Positions 1-15,828 of a stretch of 64,000 bases of DNA are shown here, piece by piece; position 1 is the first letter of the stretch, and each line of letters opens with the position of its first letter. The stretch is taken from contig NC_042998.1 of NCBI RefSeq assembly GCF_006345805.1, forward strand, positions 150,040,001-150,104,000, given 5' to 3'. The notes under the pieces are model-generated. The model saw only the letters and a list, made by a program, of their open reading frames with translations. It ran no database searches and was not told the origin of the DNA. The DNA is from Octopus sinensis (Eukaryota). The translations under genes were made by a program, and so were the position numbers.

Positions 1-387
1 GATCAGGAAAGACCTTTGATCCTTACTTTTTACTTTTTGATTGTTTAGTAAACATTTCGATTTTCGTGTTGTTTTTTTCAATTAGTTGTATATTTTTCAT
101 TTTGTTTTTTTCCTTTTCTTCTGTTGTTGTACTATTTAGTAATAAAACATAAATATATATGGTAGCCATTTCAGATGTCGAAATGTAGTTCGTGTCAATA
201 AAATTCAAAAGGTTTGTAAAATAACTTTTTTTCTTTTTTATCTAAATCTGATAGTGAAATCGGATTTTCTTCGATAATTATAGCTCTTTTTAACTAGTTC
301 TCTATGGACATCTCTATTCAGTTATGCTTGAATAAACCGTATCTGGAAAGATAAATTAAAACGACAATTTACACGACGGAACTCGCA

Positions 388-409
388 TAATAATGATAAT
401 AATAACAAT

Positions 410-496
<87 letters not shown>
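388..496. repeat. (CAA)n/(TAA)n microsatellite, 5' flank of an R4-like LINE
   Basis: Direct reading of caa/taa triplet runs. Confidence 0.97.
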
Positions 497-497
<1 letters not shown>

Positions 498-3048
498 TAA
501 ATCTTCCCTCGAGTAAAGATACTTAGCCAAAGAAAAAGGACTTGAGACAATAGAAGAGTTGAAACAGCGTATCATGGCAGTAGAAGGGAAGCTCTCTAGA
601 TATCAGAAAAGAATAGATCAGTATCAACAGAATAGATTATTTGAGACAGACCGAGGAGATTTTATGACCAAATAAATAGTGGAGGACGAAGTACTGAGGA
701 CGAGAAAGTTAATGCTGAAGAAGCTAGAAAGTTCTGGAGTAATATTTGAGATAATCAAGTCAATCATAATGGAGATGCAGTACGGTTAAAGAAAGTGAGG
801 GAAGAAGTAGGGAGTGAGAAGCAGCCATAACCATTTGCAGATTTATTTGGGCATTAATGAGTAATTTTATGAAAAATGCCGAATTGGAAGGGCTCAAGGC
901 CAGATTTAGTTCAAGGTACTGGCTATAGAAATTTAATAGTTTACATGAGAGGCTGAGCAACTTCAGGATTGCTTTAATGGAGGAATAATACCAGATTGGA
1001 TGACTAGAGGGAGAACAATACTCATTATGAAAGATAAGAGCAAAGGTAATACAGCTAGCAACTATAGACCAATCTCTTCCTTATCATCAGTGTGGAAGCT
1101 GCTAACAAGAATGCTTTCACAAAGCAATTACGAGCACCTTGACAACCAGAATTTACTACCAGAAGAACAGAAAGGTTGCAGAAAGAAGGAAAAAGCAGTT
1201 CTAAATTAAGTAAATGCTAGAAACAAAAGTCCAACAATAACATGGATAGGTTATAGGAAAGCCTATGACATGATCTCACACTCATGGATAAGTGGATGTT
1301 TGAGTCTATTTAGTATAGCAGACAACATAAGAGAATTACTTAGTTTTAGCAGGAAGAAATGGAAAGTATATCCCTACTCTGTCGACACACTCTTGGAGAA
1401 AGTTAATATCAAAAGAGGAATTTTTGCGGAGAGACTCGTTGTCCCCTTTAATATTTGTCTTATGTTTGATTCCCACTCAGTTTAATATTAAGGAAGGCAA
1501 AGGCAGGGCATCAATTACGAAACAGTAAGGGGAAAATTAACCGTTAGCCCTATATGGATGATCTGAAGCTTCTTAGTAAGAACGAAAAAGAAATGGATTC
1601 CTTAATACTGACAAGAAGACTCTTCATCAAAGATACAGGCATGGAATTTGGTAGAGATAAGTGTGCAATATTAGTCATGAAAAGGGGACAGGTAGTCACC
1701 AGCGAAGACATTCAATTACCTGACGGCTAGACATTAAAATCATTGAAAGGAAGAGAGAGTATCTAGGAGTATTAGAATCTGACAGAGTACTAACTACAGA
1801 AATGAAAACGATAATTGAGGAGTATATCAGAAGGGTAAGAAAACTAATGAAGTCAAAGCTAAATGGTCCGAATTTAATGAAGGCTGTAAATACTTGGGCA
1901 GTATCATTACATAGATACCCAACAGCTTTTGGAGATTCGACAAAAACTGAATTAGCAAAGCTAGACAGAAGAACTATGAAGGAATTCAATATGAAGGGAG
2001 GACATCACCCTAGGTTAGGAGTAGCAAGATTACACCTACCTAGAAAGGAAGGAGGAAAAGAGTTAATATCAGTAGAAGACTGCATGGGGTTAGCTAGAGT
2101 AGATATAGTCTCTTATGTAGGTAATAGTGAAGAAAGTTTATTAAAAGCTGCTAGAGTCACAGCAAGACATAGGGAAAACCCAAACAAAGTTAAAAAACAG
2201 AAAAAAGAACAGAAGTTATCTGACTGGTAGGAGAAATCGTTGCATGGTAGATTTCCAAAGATAGTTGTAGCAAATAGTTGTAGTGAGACATGGTTATGGT
2301 TGCAGAAAGATGAAGAGGGAGATAGAAGTTTGTTAGTAGCTGCACAAGATCAAACATTAAGGACTAATTAGTTAAAAGCCAAGATAGATAAAAACCAAGT
2401 AGATTCCCAATGTAGATTATGCAAATCAAAAGAGGAAAGCGTTACTCATATAGTAAGTGAATGTAATATGCTGGCACAGAAAGAATACAAGAAAAGACAT
2501 GACAACCTAGTGAGAGTAATCCACTGGGAGTCATGTGGAAAGCTAGGATTTGAACATACTGATAAATGGTATGATCATGAACCTAGTAAAATACTAGAAA
2601 TTAAGAAATACAAGATGTTGTGGGACTTTAACATTCAGACTGACAGAGAGTAATAGAAACTAGAAAACCTGATTTAGCATTAATAGATAAAGAGAATAGA
2701 AAGTACCAGATAATTGACTTTACAGTCCCAAGTGATGAAAAAATCAATATGAGAGGTATAGAAAAAATAGCAAAGTACCAGGATTTAGCCATTGAATTAT
2801 AGAGACTATGAAAAGTGCAAGTAAAATGTATCCCAGTAGTTATAGGTGCATTGGGTACTATCCGTAAAGATCTGAACAAATGTATAGAGGAAATAGGCAT
2901 AAAACCCATTCTAGCACAGCTCCAGAAAACTGTGTTATTAGGGACAGCTAGGATACTTAGGAGGGTTCTTGGCATCTAAGGCTAGTTGTTGTAGCCCGAT
3001 GTTAGGATGCTTTTCTTTTCCAACTGTGCAATCTGTTTAGTGTATATA
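497..3048 (+). mobile_element. Decayed 5'-truncated R4/Dong-clade non-LTR retrotransposon (RT + CCHC + RLE endonuclease)
   Basis: Fragmented frames: GRTILIMKDKSKG..SNYRPIS (ORF 1000-1209), YMDDLKL from 1551, LHLPRKEGG (ORF 1802-2230), CRLC..H..C from 2411, KPDL..D..K-type RLE motif, LLGTARILRRVLGI* with stop at 2977-2979, then a short 3' UTR running into (TAA)n. Many stops and frameshifts. Confidence 0.9.
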
Positions 3049-3063
3049 TAATAATAATAATAA

Positions 3064-3138
<75 letters not shown>

Positions 3139-3163
3139 TAATAAAAAATAATAAAATAATAAT
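3049..3163. repeat. (TAA)n array
   Basis: Direct reading. Confidence 0.97.
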
Positions 3164-3379
3164 TAAAAAAATATTCAGACAAATACATAACAAAAACACC
3201 AGGACTTACAAACACATATAACATACAGAAAATTGCACTACTAGGCACTGCACACATCCTACGCAGAACACTTTCCATACAATAACCAACAGAGCATCAC
3301 AACAAATCACAGCACATACCCAAGGCACACAGAGCTGCGCTCGGTAGTGAAGTGAAAGCACGCTATCAAAATAAAACTA

Positions 3380-3382
<3 letters not shown>
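3164..3382 (+). mobile_element. Very short 5'-truncated copy (ORF end + 3' UTR) of the R4-like family at 59763-61411
   Basis: Nearly identical to ~61194-61411 (I count 4 mismatches in ~218 bp); encodes ..NIQKIALLGTAHILRRTLSIQ*; (TAA)n on both sides. Confidence 0.92.
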
Positions 3383-3472
<90 letters not shown>

Positions 3473-3473
<1 letters not shown>

Positions 3474-3781
3474 CACAAACAAAAGACACACTCTATGTAG
3501 TAAATATCTAATAATATAAAGAACCCCCACATGTATTCTACAGGCCGGATACCCAACATAAAAAAACAATTCACACTATGCAAACAACACACAATACAAA
3601 CACTAATAAAAAAAGACTACAACCAAACCCCATAAAACAAACTCGTGCAATACAATATCGGGAAGAGTTTGCACTTCCCCAATAACATAAAAGATCACAA
3701 AATGCTGCACACACCTCAGCAACACGCAAGTGTATTTGGTGATGCAGTAGAAATTTACCTGAAACTACCAAATGTTGAACG
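3473..3781 (+). mobile_element. Diverged A-rich 3' end of a related R4-like family, between (TAA)n arrays
   Basis: Last ~90 bp align loosely with the 3' UTR at 3300-3382; bounded by (TAA)n at 3383-3472 and 3782-3858. Confidence 0.45.
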
Positions 3782-4533
<752 letters not shown>

Positions 4534-4534
4534 T

Positions 4535-4720
4535 TCAAGTTTGGGTAGAAAGCTAGCAATTTTAATGGGAAAGGACAAATCGATTACAATTCTTGTTAAG
4601 TACTTAATTTTATGGAGCCGAAAAGACGGGAGCTAAAATCGACTTCAGCGGGATTTGAACCCAGAATGTAAGGAGTCGGAAGAAATACCGCTAATCATTT
4701 TACCCGGCGTGCTAGCAATA
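4535..4720 (-). mobile_element. tRNA-derived SINE, family C, degenerate
   Basis: Reverse complement matches the head and core of the 19953 copy (ttagcacgccggg..gttcaaatccc..gtcga). Confidence 0.7.
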
Positions 4721-4724
4721 CCCA

Positions 4725-5350
4725 AAATTCCCAGACCAGACGGTGCTCAGGGTTTCTAGCGCAAAAATCTCTTAAATATATACAGCTATACACGACCCAT
4801 TTCGTATTGACTGCAGTGAAAACAGAATGCCAACATGGATGACAAAAGGAAGGACAGTGCTGATATGAATGGACAAAGAAAGAAAAGAGTTAAGTCAACA
4901 GTTTATTAAATGTTTAGCATTATTCTGGATGCTAGAGGAGCAAAAATATGTCAAAGAAAGCTGCTGATCTGCTGTATATTATCGTAGGATATTAAATTAG
5001 AAGACTTTAGCTGTTGGCTGGATAGATTACAGGAAGGCTTACGAAAATGTTCCACGTTGCTAGCTTTTGGAATGCCTGAGAACGCTTGGAGTCAGTGAGA
5101 GGATAAGCAGCTTTTGGAGGAAATGTAATGAGTGCGTGGGAAGTAGAAATGGCATGCGTGAATGAATCGTTAGGAAACGTAAAAATGCGCAAGGGAATTT
5201 TCCAAGTAAACTCACTCTCTCCACTACTCTTCGTCTTTGCGTTAATTCTCGTGACAATTATACTGAGAATATCCAGAAGTGACTGAGTTTTCCAAAACAA
5301 ATGTGAGAATAAATCACCTGGTTCACAGGATGACTTTAAACTACTTACAA
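4725..5350 (+). pseudogene. R4-like reverse transcriptase fragment
   Basis: Degenerate PDGAQGF, GRTVLI, DYRKAYENVP, GIFQ..SLSPLLFVFALI, NHL motifs with frameshifts. Confidence 0.75.
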
Positions 5351-5367
5351 AAAATAAAAGTATTGGG

Positions 5368-5710
5368 TTCCGAGGCTACAGTAGAAGAGACTTGCCTAAG
5401 ATGCCACGTTGTGGGACTGAACCCAGAACCATGTGGTTGGTAAGCAAGCTACTTACCACAAAGCCACTCCTGCACCTATGTATATATAAATTATTTTTTA
5501 TCTTTTACTTTTTACAGTCAGTAAATTGTGGCCTTAATGGAGTAACGCCTTGAAGAATTTTAGACAAGCGAGTCTACCCCAATACTTATTTTACTTTCAA
5601 GCATGGTTCTTACTTTATCGGTCAGTTTTGCTGAACCGCAAAGTTGCAGGGAAGCAAACACACCGACACCAGTTGTCAAGCGGCGGTGGGGGACAAACAC
5701 AGACACAATC
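5368..5710 (-). mobile_element. SINE family B fragments (head 5368-5478; tail 5495-5710)
   Basis: gggactgaacccagaaccatgtgg..ccactcctgcacct head and ggggacaaacacagacac tail, as in the 37310-37730 copy. Confidence 0.8.
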
Positions 5711-5799
5711 ACGCGCGCACACACACACACATTCAAATACATACACACAATTACATGCACATGCACACACACACACACACACGGACATGTGTGTGTATG

Positions 5800-5833
<34 letters not shown>

Positions 5834-5840
5834 CACATAA

Positions 5841-5911
<71 letters not shown>

Positions 5912-5923
5912 CAGGGTGCGAGG

Positions 5924-7727
<1,804 letters not shown>

Positions 7728-7859
7728 GTGCGAAGGGTATTTGAGGTCAGCTTTCGTATACAATAAAACAACTATATTTCAGCATAAATATTTATTCAGC
7801 ATTTGAATAAACATTTGTGCAATTAGTCTTGATAATAATTTTTTAAAGCAAATTATTCT

Positions 7860-8872
7860 ATGAAACCGCCTCCGGCTTCGATAACTGCTTCAATGAAAGA
7901 CCGAAACCGCTAGCATGTTGACACTATATGGTCCTTATTTATTTTGGACATGACCTGGACAATGGAGGCTTTCAGTGAAGCTATGGTTTCATGAGGATGA
8001 CGATTAGTCTCTCTTTCAACAGCGCTCCACACGTAGTAGTCCATGGGGTTCAAACCTGGCGAGTTTGAAGGCCACATATTGGGTATTACATAATCGTAAA
8101 GATTGTCTGACAACCTTTCTTACGTGACAAGGGCTTTGTGAGAAGGTGCTGGGTCTTGTTAAAGCATATATGGTCTTCCATTGCATACTTCATCAATCCA
8201 TGGCTTGATAACAGTTTCCAGTACCTCAATGTATCCAGCAGCATTAATTCTAAGACCCTGTGGAAAAAGTGGGAAGGCATCACATGATCTTCGCTATTCA
8301 CCATTCCTAAAGCCATCTCAGTTGCTGGAAATTTCGTGTACATCACTCTGGGTGCTTCAGAAAGATCTGCATATAGCCACCTGTCATTTCTACTGTTAGA
8401 CTTTTTAACCCGGTCAAAGGTTTTTCGTCAGAGAAAAACCAAAGCATGCTTTGTTCGTGAGGGCTTTTCACTTTGTTAAGTAACCATTTTGAACGGATGA
8501 GACGGTTTGTTTGTCTGCCTCTTTGCAGACACGAATTGGCCTTTCCTCATTACATAGGGATTGTATCGGATATCATGATGTACCACAGTTTTGGTTGTCC
8601 ACTCTGACACCCGAAGTTCTTTAGCAATGGACCTCATTGATCTTCTGGGGTTTGATAATATTTTGAACATGTGGTATAAATCCCGGTGTCCTTTTAGTGT
8701 CTACGAGTTGTGAATGTGTTTTTCTCTTTGATACAGGTGAAACATTATCACCACATGCCTTCAATTCCAGCCGAACTTTGTGTACAAATGATCTTGTAAC
8801 ATTTAGAAAGTTGCTGATTTCTAAATCACTGTGGTTTGAATGAATAGCAACTATGACTGCATATATTTTCAT
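7860..8872 (-). pseudogene. Decayed DD37D transposase
   Basis: HTH-like N-terminus (ORFs 8621-8872, 8476-8670), FFSDEK, QD...WPSNSPGLNPMDYYVW; 37 residues counted between the second and third Asp; stops and frameshifts. Confidence 0.9.
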
Positions 8873-9317
8873 TTCTTGAGTTAGAATGATATCTTCACAG
8901 AGATAAAAAAAAAGGAAGGGGATGCATTAAATAATTTGAAGGTGTAATGAACTAAATATGTCCTCAAATACCCCTCGCACCTTGTATATAATAAATGGAA
9001 GCTATAATTACCCCTAAATATAGATATGCATGTACATACACATACATATATAGACATATTTGTGTGTGTATGTCTGTGTATGTGTGTGTGCGCGCGCGAG
9101 AGAGAGTTTATCAAAGTTTTACAGAGATTTCGATGTTTCCTCTTGATCACCTAAAGTAACTCAGTCACATAGAGTAGAACATGTGCATGTATGCGCGTGT
9201 GTGTGTGTGTCGCCCCCCCCCCACACACACGTTCTAACACCCTAGTCATATTTAGTGAGAGTTATAGTTTTCCTTTTTTGGTAAAACATTGCGCACGGCT
9301 GCCTAATGTTTTATATA

Positions 9318-9529
9318 CAGGGTTGGCCAAAAGTCACCCATTTAATTCCAAGATTTATTTATGTCTAACAACTGAATGAATTTAATAAAAACATCTAAGT
9401 ATGAAATATTCATGAAAATTGTTCAAACTGAAGTCCTTCTTGAGCGACACATTTTTCCATACCAGTCAATAAAGAATTACAGTATTTAGGAATTTTGATT
9501 TACTGTCGGGTGACTTTTGGACAACTCTG
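9318..9529. mobile_element. Tc1/mariner-type MITE (212 bp)
   Basis: 22-bp TIRs cagggttggccaaaagtcaccc / reverse complement cagagttgtccaaaagtcaccc (20/22); TA flanks at 9316-17 and 9530-31. Confidence 0.88.
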
Positions 9530-9596
9530 TATATACAGACACCTACATATGTGTGTGTATGTGTGTGTGTGTGTGTATGTGTGTGCATACATGTAA

Positions 9597-9630
<34 letters not shown>

Positions 9631-10345
9631 CACACACAGATCGATATATATATATATAGATATAGGTATAGATATGCATGTACATACACATATTTGTGTG
9701 TTTGTATGTGTATGTGTATGTGTGTGCGTGCGTTTATTAAAGTTTTACAGCGATTTCAATGTTTCGTCTTCATTACCTAAGGTACCTCAGTCACATGGAG
9801 TTTCTAGCTATTTCACCATAGTTTGTGGAAGAAAAAGGTGTAGGTAGGTAGATAGGTAGGTGTGGGTCAGATAGCGTTCTTGCCTTGGTTCGGACCGGTT
9901 AATGATTCTGAATAGAGATTAATCGACAGTTAGCCTGACGCAAACATTCAAATTAAGAGTTTATATGTGAGAAAAATAGTCACACACACACACATGCACA
10001 CACATTCACACGTGCTCATTCATATATATATTGACGATCACACACACACACACACACACACATATGTAAACAGACACAAGTATAGACATATACACATGCA
10101 CAGCATAGTGTGCGAGAGAAAAAGTGACAGAGATGGACATGGAAAGTGAGGAAAGAAAGAGAGGGAGAGCAAGAGAAACACACACACACGCGGAGTTGGA
10201 GAGAGAGAGAATGAGTGAGAGAGAAACAATCAGACAGAAACAGAGAAACAGAGAAAGAATAAGGTAAGAGAGTAAACCTGACTGACTATATATGTAATAT
10301 ATATTTGTGCGTGTGTGTGTGCGCGTGCGCGTGTATATATATATA

Positions 10346-10549
10346 GTTAATCCAAACAAGAAAGCACAAAAAAAAAACACAACAACGCGAAGACGTGGAA
10401 TAAATATAGTATTATTGGACGCTCAGGAAAGAAGGAAAGGAGGGCATAACGTTTCGAGCGGAGCTCTTCGTCGGAAACATAGGAGAAGGAAAGATCCAGA
10501 GAAGGGAAGACAGAGGAAAAGAAAGCGTCAACGGTACACACGCGGTCAC

Positions 10550-10550
<1 letters not shown>
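10346..10550 (-). mobile_element. Short Penelope-like terminal (pLTR-type) fragment inserted in (TA)n
   Basis: Purine-rich 205-bp insert between TA runs containing a minus-strand hammerhead-like relic CCGACGA-A-GAGCtccGCTC-GAAACGT. Confidence 0.5.
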
Positions 10551-10581
<31 letters not shown>

Positions 10582-10590
10582 TATTATATA

Positions 10591-10636
<46 letters not shown>

Positions 10637-11283
10637 ATACATATATTTATTATATATATATATATATATAACAAAAATGGGTTAAGGGTTCACTACACCT
10701 GTTTCAAACACATTTTTAGTTGCCTAATAATTCGATCATGAAAAGGCTGTTTTCTTCAGTTCGACACCATTGATAAGAGTGAAGACACACTCAGAGTTAG
10801 CTAAATTTAACCGGCTATGATGTCAAGGGTCAACGGGCCATAAAATAATCACCGGACTGTGTCACAGCGAATTGATTTCTTTAAATGGGACTAGAAAGGT
10901 AACTAGAGATAAATAAATAGGAGAAAGACAAAGAGAAAAACAGGGAGGAGAGAGAAGAGAGGATGGAATAAGGTGTAAACTGTGTAGTATTGTCAAGGTG
11001 ACAGAATTACTCATACTACTACTCCAGAATCCATCATAATGTGTTTGTACATGATAGCACATACCTACATACAGTCAAACGAGTTACACTTATATGCATT
11101 TGTACACACGTCGCTATACTACTATTATACAATATACAAACATGGAGATTGTCAGAATGATGTGGACGCCTCTGATGACAACCTGATAAGGTTAGAAAAC
11201 CGATTAAGATTGTTCATCAATTTTTTAGTCTGCGGTGAAATGGCTAAAATTTACCTTGTTTCTGTGCCAACATAAGACGAATA

Positions 11284-11879
11284 TTACTGTTGTTATAGCC
11301 CCAGGAAAACATCTTTTCCAGCTGGCTGTCGACGCACAATCTGTGCCCTTATAGCATTTTCAAGGGAGGTCATCGCTCCCATCTCTAGTCTTACTTGATA
11401 CTCACAAATATAGGTTTCTTGATGTTATCAGTCCTTAGTGTGAGTTAGCCACAAGCTAGTGACGAAAGCGCCCTTCACTTGCAAATACTATGTTTTTTTA
11501 ATCAGCACACAGTCGCTGATCTCGTATAGAGAAAAATAACTTGTTTTAAAACTCTGAGCGAGAGATCTACAGTATCAGTACCGGATAGTAATGTTTATAT
11601 GCCAACAGGACTTGGCAGTCCTATATAGGACGATGTTACTGTTGTTCTAGACCCAGGAAAACATCTTTTCCAGCAGGCTGAGGGAGCGATGACCTCCCTT
11701 GCAAGTGCTACAAACGAACACAAAGTGTGTGCCGATAGCCAGCTGGAAACGATGTTTTCCTGGGCCTATAGTAACACTAACGTCATCCAATATAGGACTG
11801 CCCCATTCTGTTGGCATATAAACGTTACTATCCGGTACTGTTTCTGTAGATCTCTTCCTCAGAGATCTAAAACAAGTTG
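11284..11879. repeat. 352-bp unit with a 45-bp terminal direct repeat, followed by an inverted ~200-bp partial copy
   Basis: Direct repeats 11284-11328 and 11636-11680 (3 mismatches); 11681-11879 is the diverged reverse complement of 11538-11636 joined to 11284-11380. Confidence 0.88.
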
Positions 11880-11952
11880 TGTGTGTGTGTCTCTCTCTTT
11901 ATATGTGTGTGTGTGTGAGTTCCCACAAGAAAAGAATTTCGCAATATATATA

Positions 11953-12026
<74 letters not shown>

Positions 12027-12407
12027 AGAATACAAAAGGGGACAAGAACGCAACAGGCGACAACAAAACATCCAGACAATTGGATGATACAAAAAGGGAC
12101 ATGAAAAACAAGGATGGGTCGTTCGGAGTTTTCTTTCGTCAGTCGAGTTCTAGATTATCTGTGCAGTTTCGGCCGGTTATACTCGAGACTGCTCCAATCT
12201 GGCCAGCCCCAAGGAAAATCTAAGCTAAGAGCGTTAGATTCCTTGAAATAAAGCAGCGAATGTATATGAAAACAAGGACGGAGAAAAAAACGGAGAAATT
12301 GTACACAAATACAAATGTAAACGACAGATGTCTTTCGACGAAGGACGAATTAAATTAAGCTGGTGGGTGTGGAAGTGAAGCCTTACGGCAGGGACATAAT
12401 AGATGAC

Positions 12408-12466
<59 letters not shown>

Positions 12467-12468
12467 AT

Positions 12469-12798
12469 CCCATTCGGTCACTACACACACCATGGAATTA
12501 CACCTAGAAAGTTACCCTCTCAGGCACAAATCCGGGCAAGGTTGTTTATGGAAGACCACCAGTCGCCCATGCATACCAGCCTCCCCTCTCCATGCCACCA
12601 GAGCTATCCAAGGGAAAGGGAAGGGCCGATACAGCTTGGTACCTGTGACGTCGCAACTCATTTCTAAAGCTGAGTGAACTGGAGCAACGTGAAATAAAGT
12701 GTCTTGCTCAAGAACACAACACGCAGTCCGGTCCGGGATTCGAGCTCACAACCTCACGATAGTAAGCTCGACGCTCTAACCACTGAGCAATGCGCCTT

Positions 12799-12801
<3 letters not shown>
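12469..12801 (-). mobile_element. tRNA-derived SINE, family A
   Basis: Minus-strand head gtgaaggcgcattgctcagtggttagagcg..gagctcgaatcccgg (A/B boxes), then ttgagcaagacact; body shared with 22543-22740. Confidence 0.85.
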
Positions 12802-12843
<42 letters not shown>

Positions 12844-13596
12844 GTATATATACAGGTCATCTTATAGGTAGATGAAAAATAAGGTGGAGGAAATAATACT
12901 CGAATACCTAAGGTAGAGTAATATACTATTTTATTGGAGCAGATAAAATCTTCACTAATTGTTCCATATGGCTGTTCATAAGACAGTTTTTTTCAGTTTT
13001 AATAAAATAGTACACACATATGCACACATACACACGAACACAATACATGCAACACACAGCACATACGCACACATATACAGATATGATTGGTTGTACTCGA
13101 CGCGCGACAATTCAATGACATAAATTTCCGCTCTACTGTTGAACACGTTATATTCCCACCGTCGCTTGTACACACAGGGTGTCCCAATCTGATGATGGAC
13201 TATGACGTAATATAAGGAACACAATAATAACAAGAGAAAAGGACATGGGCATAGTTTGGTAATCCATAACTCTATTTGTTACGTATGTGTCAGTATTCGG
13301 CAACACATGACGTCACACTACAGATGCAACCAGTAAGTGCAATTTATAGGGCCAGCATGGAGCAAACACATCGTCAGACAATACTTTTCCAGTTGGCTGA
13401 CAATGTGATTTCTCCGTGCTCTAACGGTTTCTCCTGGCGAAAGTACAACTTCAGCATAACTAGTACCGTATCCCAAAGACTAACCTTCCTCCGTAAGCCA
13501 CTGACAACCTTCGAGCTAAATTAAGTCTTCACTTCTGAAAGTTAACTTTGTAAATTTTTTTCCTTTCATAACAATTGGTACGATTAAGCATAGACA

Positions 13597-13945
13597 TGTC
13601 ATTGTGATTAAGAAATTCGCTTTGCAAACACATGGTTTCTGGTTCAGTTCTATTGCACTTCTGTTATATGTTTAGACTGATAAGTGCCGGGTGAGTGAAT
13701 TTGTTAAAAAGAAACTGTGTGGAAGCCTGCTGTATATATGTGCTTGCGTCAGTGTTTGTCCACACTTCACTGCTTGACAACTGGTAATGTTTTGTCTACG
13801 TTTCAGTTCGGTAAAAGAGATTGGTAGAATAAGTACCAACGTTAAAAATAATTCCTGGGGTCGATCTTTTTAACAAAAACGCAGGTCAAGGTGGTGCCCC
13901 AGCATGACCGCAGTCCAAAGAGAGAAGCAAGTGATAAATAAAATA
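13597..13945 (+). mobile_element. SINE family B, diverged full-length copy
   Basis: cacatggtttctggttcagt head; ggtgccccagcatgaccgcagtc tail. Confidence 0.75.
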
Positions 13946-14262
13946 GGAAAGTTCATACACATTTTCCATCGTCTTACTCCAAAAAAGAAATTTTTAAATT
14001 TCATTGAAGAAAAAAAGGGGGGATTGCAAACGCCATGTTGTACATCACCATCTAAAATAGAAATACAAGTGTGTGGATGTATGTGGGGGCTACGTGAATA
14101 TGTCTGTGTGTGTGTGTAGACGGGTGTATGTGAGTGAGTGTATGTATGCGTGTTTATCAGTCGGTATACGTGAGTGTGTGTATATGTGTGTCTATGTATG
14201 TGTATGTTGGGTATACGCGAATGTGACTGTATGACTGTATGCGTGTAAATGTGTGTGTGTGT

Positions 14263-14295
<33 letters not shown>

Positions 14296-14558
14296 CTCCC
14301 ACAAGAAAAGAACTTGGCAATAAAAGAGAAATTAACAGAAAATGAAAGCAAAAAAATGGTAGAGAACTAGAAAGATGGCTGTCTGGATGCAAGCAGGGAC
14401 GGAAAAGATGGCGAAAATACAAGGAAGATCCTAAGCGAAGAAGCGAACGAATGAAACGAAAATGAAGTTATGGTAAGAGCTCTCAAGCCGCCATCATGGC
14501 TGTCTCTGGAATCACGAGAGTTTATAGCTAGGGTTGGGGTGGCGAGTTGAAGTGGTAT

Positions 14559-14559
<1 letters not shown>

Positions 14560-14625
<66 letters not shown>

Positions 14626-15432
14626 TATAATAGCTGTAGGTGGTGGTGGTGGTGATGGTGGTGATGGATTATCAATGGCGATGGTTAGTCGAAATTTGTT
14701 GTAGTAGGGTCGGTGGTGGAGGTGGTGGTTAGTGGCTGTTGTAGAGGTGTAGTCATGACGATGATGACGATAACGGTAGTGGCAGTGTAGCTTTTTGATA
14801 GTTTTTTTTTTTTGTGATGGCAGTGGTGGTTATATTTGCGCTGGTTGCGGCAGTAACAATAGTCATGAAGGTGATAGTGGTGGTGCTGGTACGTCAGTGG
14901 TAGAGATGGGGATGATAGTAGTGATGATGATGATGATGATGGTTATAGTGGATATCGTGGCGGTGGTTGTGTTGCCAGTGGTGGTGGTTATTGGTGTTAG
15001 TGGTCATGATGTTAGTGATAATAATGTTGTTGCTGTTATTGTTGCTGTTGTTGTTGTTGGTGGTGGTGGTGGTATTGTTTCCTGCAACAATAGCATTGAC
15101 GATTGTAACGAAGGTTTTTAGGAATGGCGGAGATAGTGATGGTGATGGAGATGGCGGCGGCGGGGGTTGCGACAGCAGTAGTGGCGGCGGCGACGGTGGT
15201 GGTGGTGGTGGTGGTGACGGCTGTCGCAAAGTGGATTATAGTGAATTAGAAGGTGGGTGTAGGGTGTGGGTAGGAGTTAACTGGTATGGTGAGATGTAAG
15301 GAAGCGGGGCAGAGCGAGGCCCTAATTACAAGTTGCACTTAATTAGCAACATGGCGTGTGTACTCATTAGCGACAACTCCGCTCTAACGAACCGTACCGA
15401 CGGTCAATTGCTTTCCCTCTCGCCTTCTGAAA

Positions 15433-15467
<35 letters not shown>

Positions 15468-15652
15468 ATATGGTGGTGAGGAGATGGCTAGTGGAGTGTG
15501 AGGGGAGTACCAAGGAGTGCCAGTAAGTTAGGTGTATGTTAGAAATGTTACTGTAAAGATGGTGGCGATAGGAATTTGGGTGGAGACGGTTCGGAGTAAT
15601 CGCTATTTTGGTATTAGGTGAGGGGGAAGAGGAAAAGAGATGCTGTTATATG

Positions 15653-15723
<71 letters not shown>

Positions 15724-15796
15724 TGTATGTGTATGTGTGTGCATGTATATATATATATATATAATATATTTAATATATATTATGAATCTTAATACA

Positions 15797-15828
<32 letters not shown>

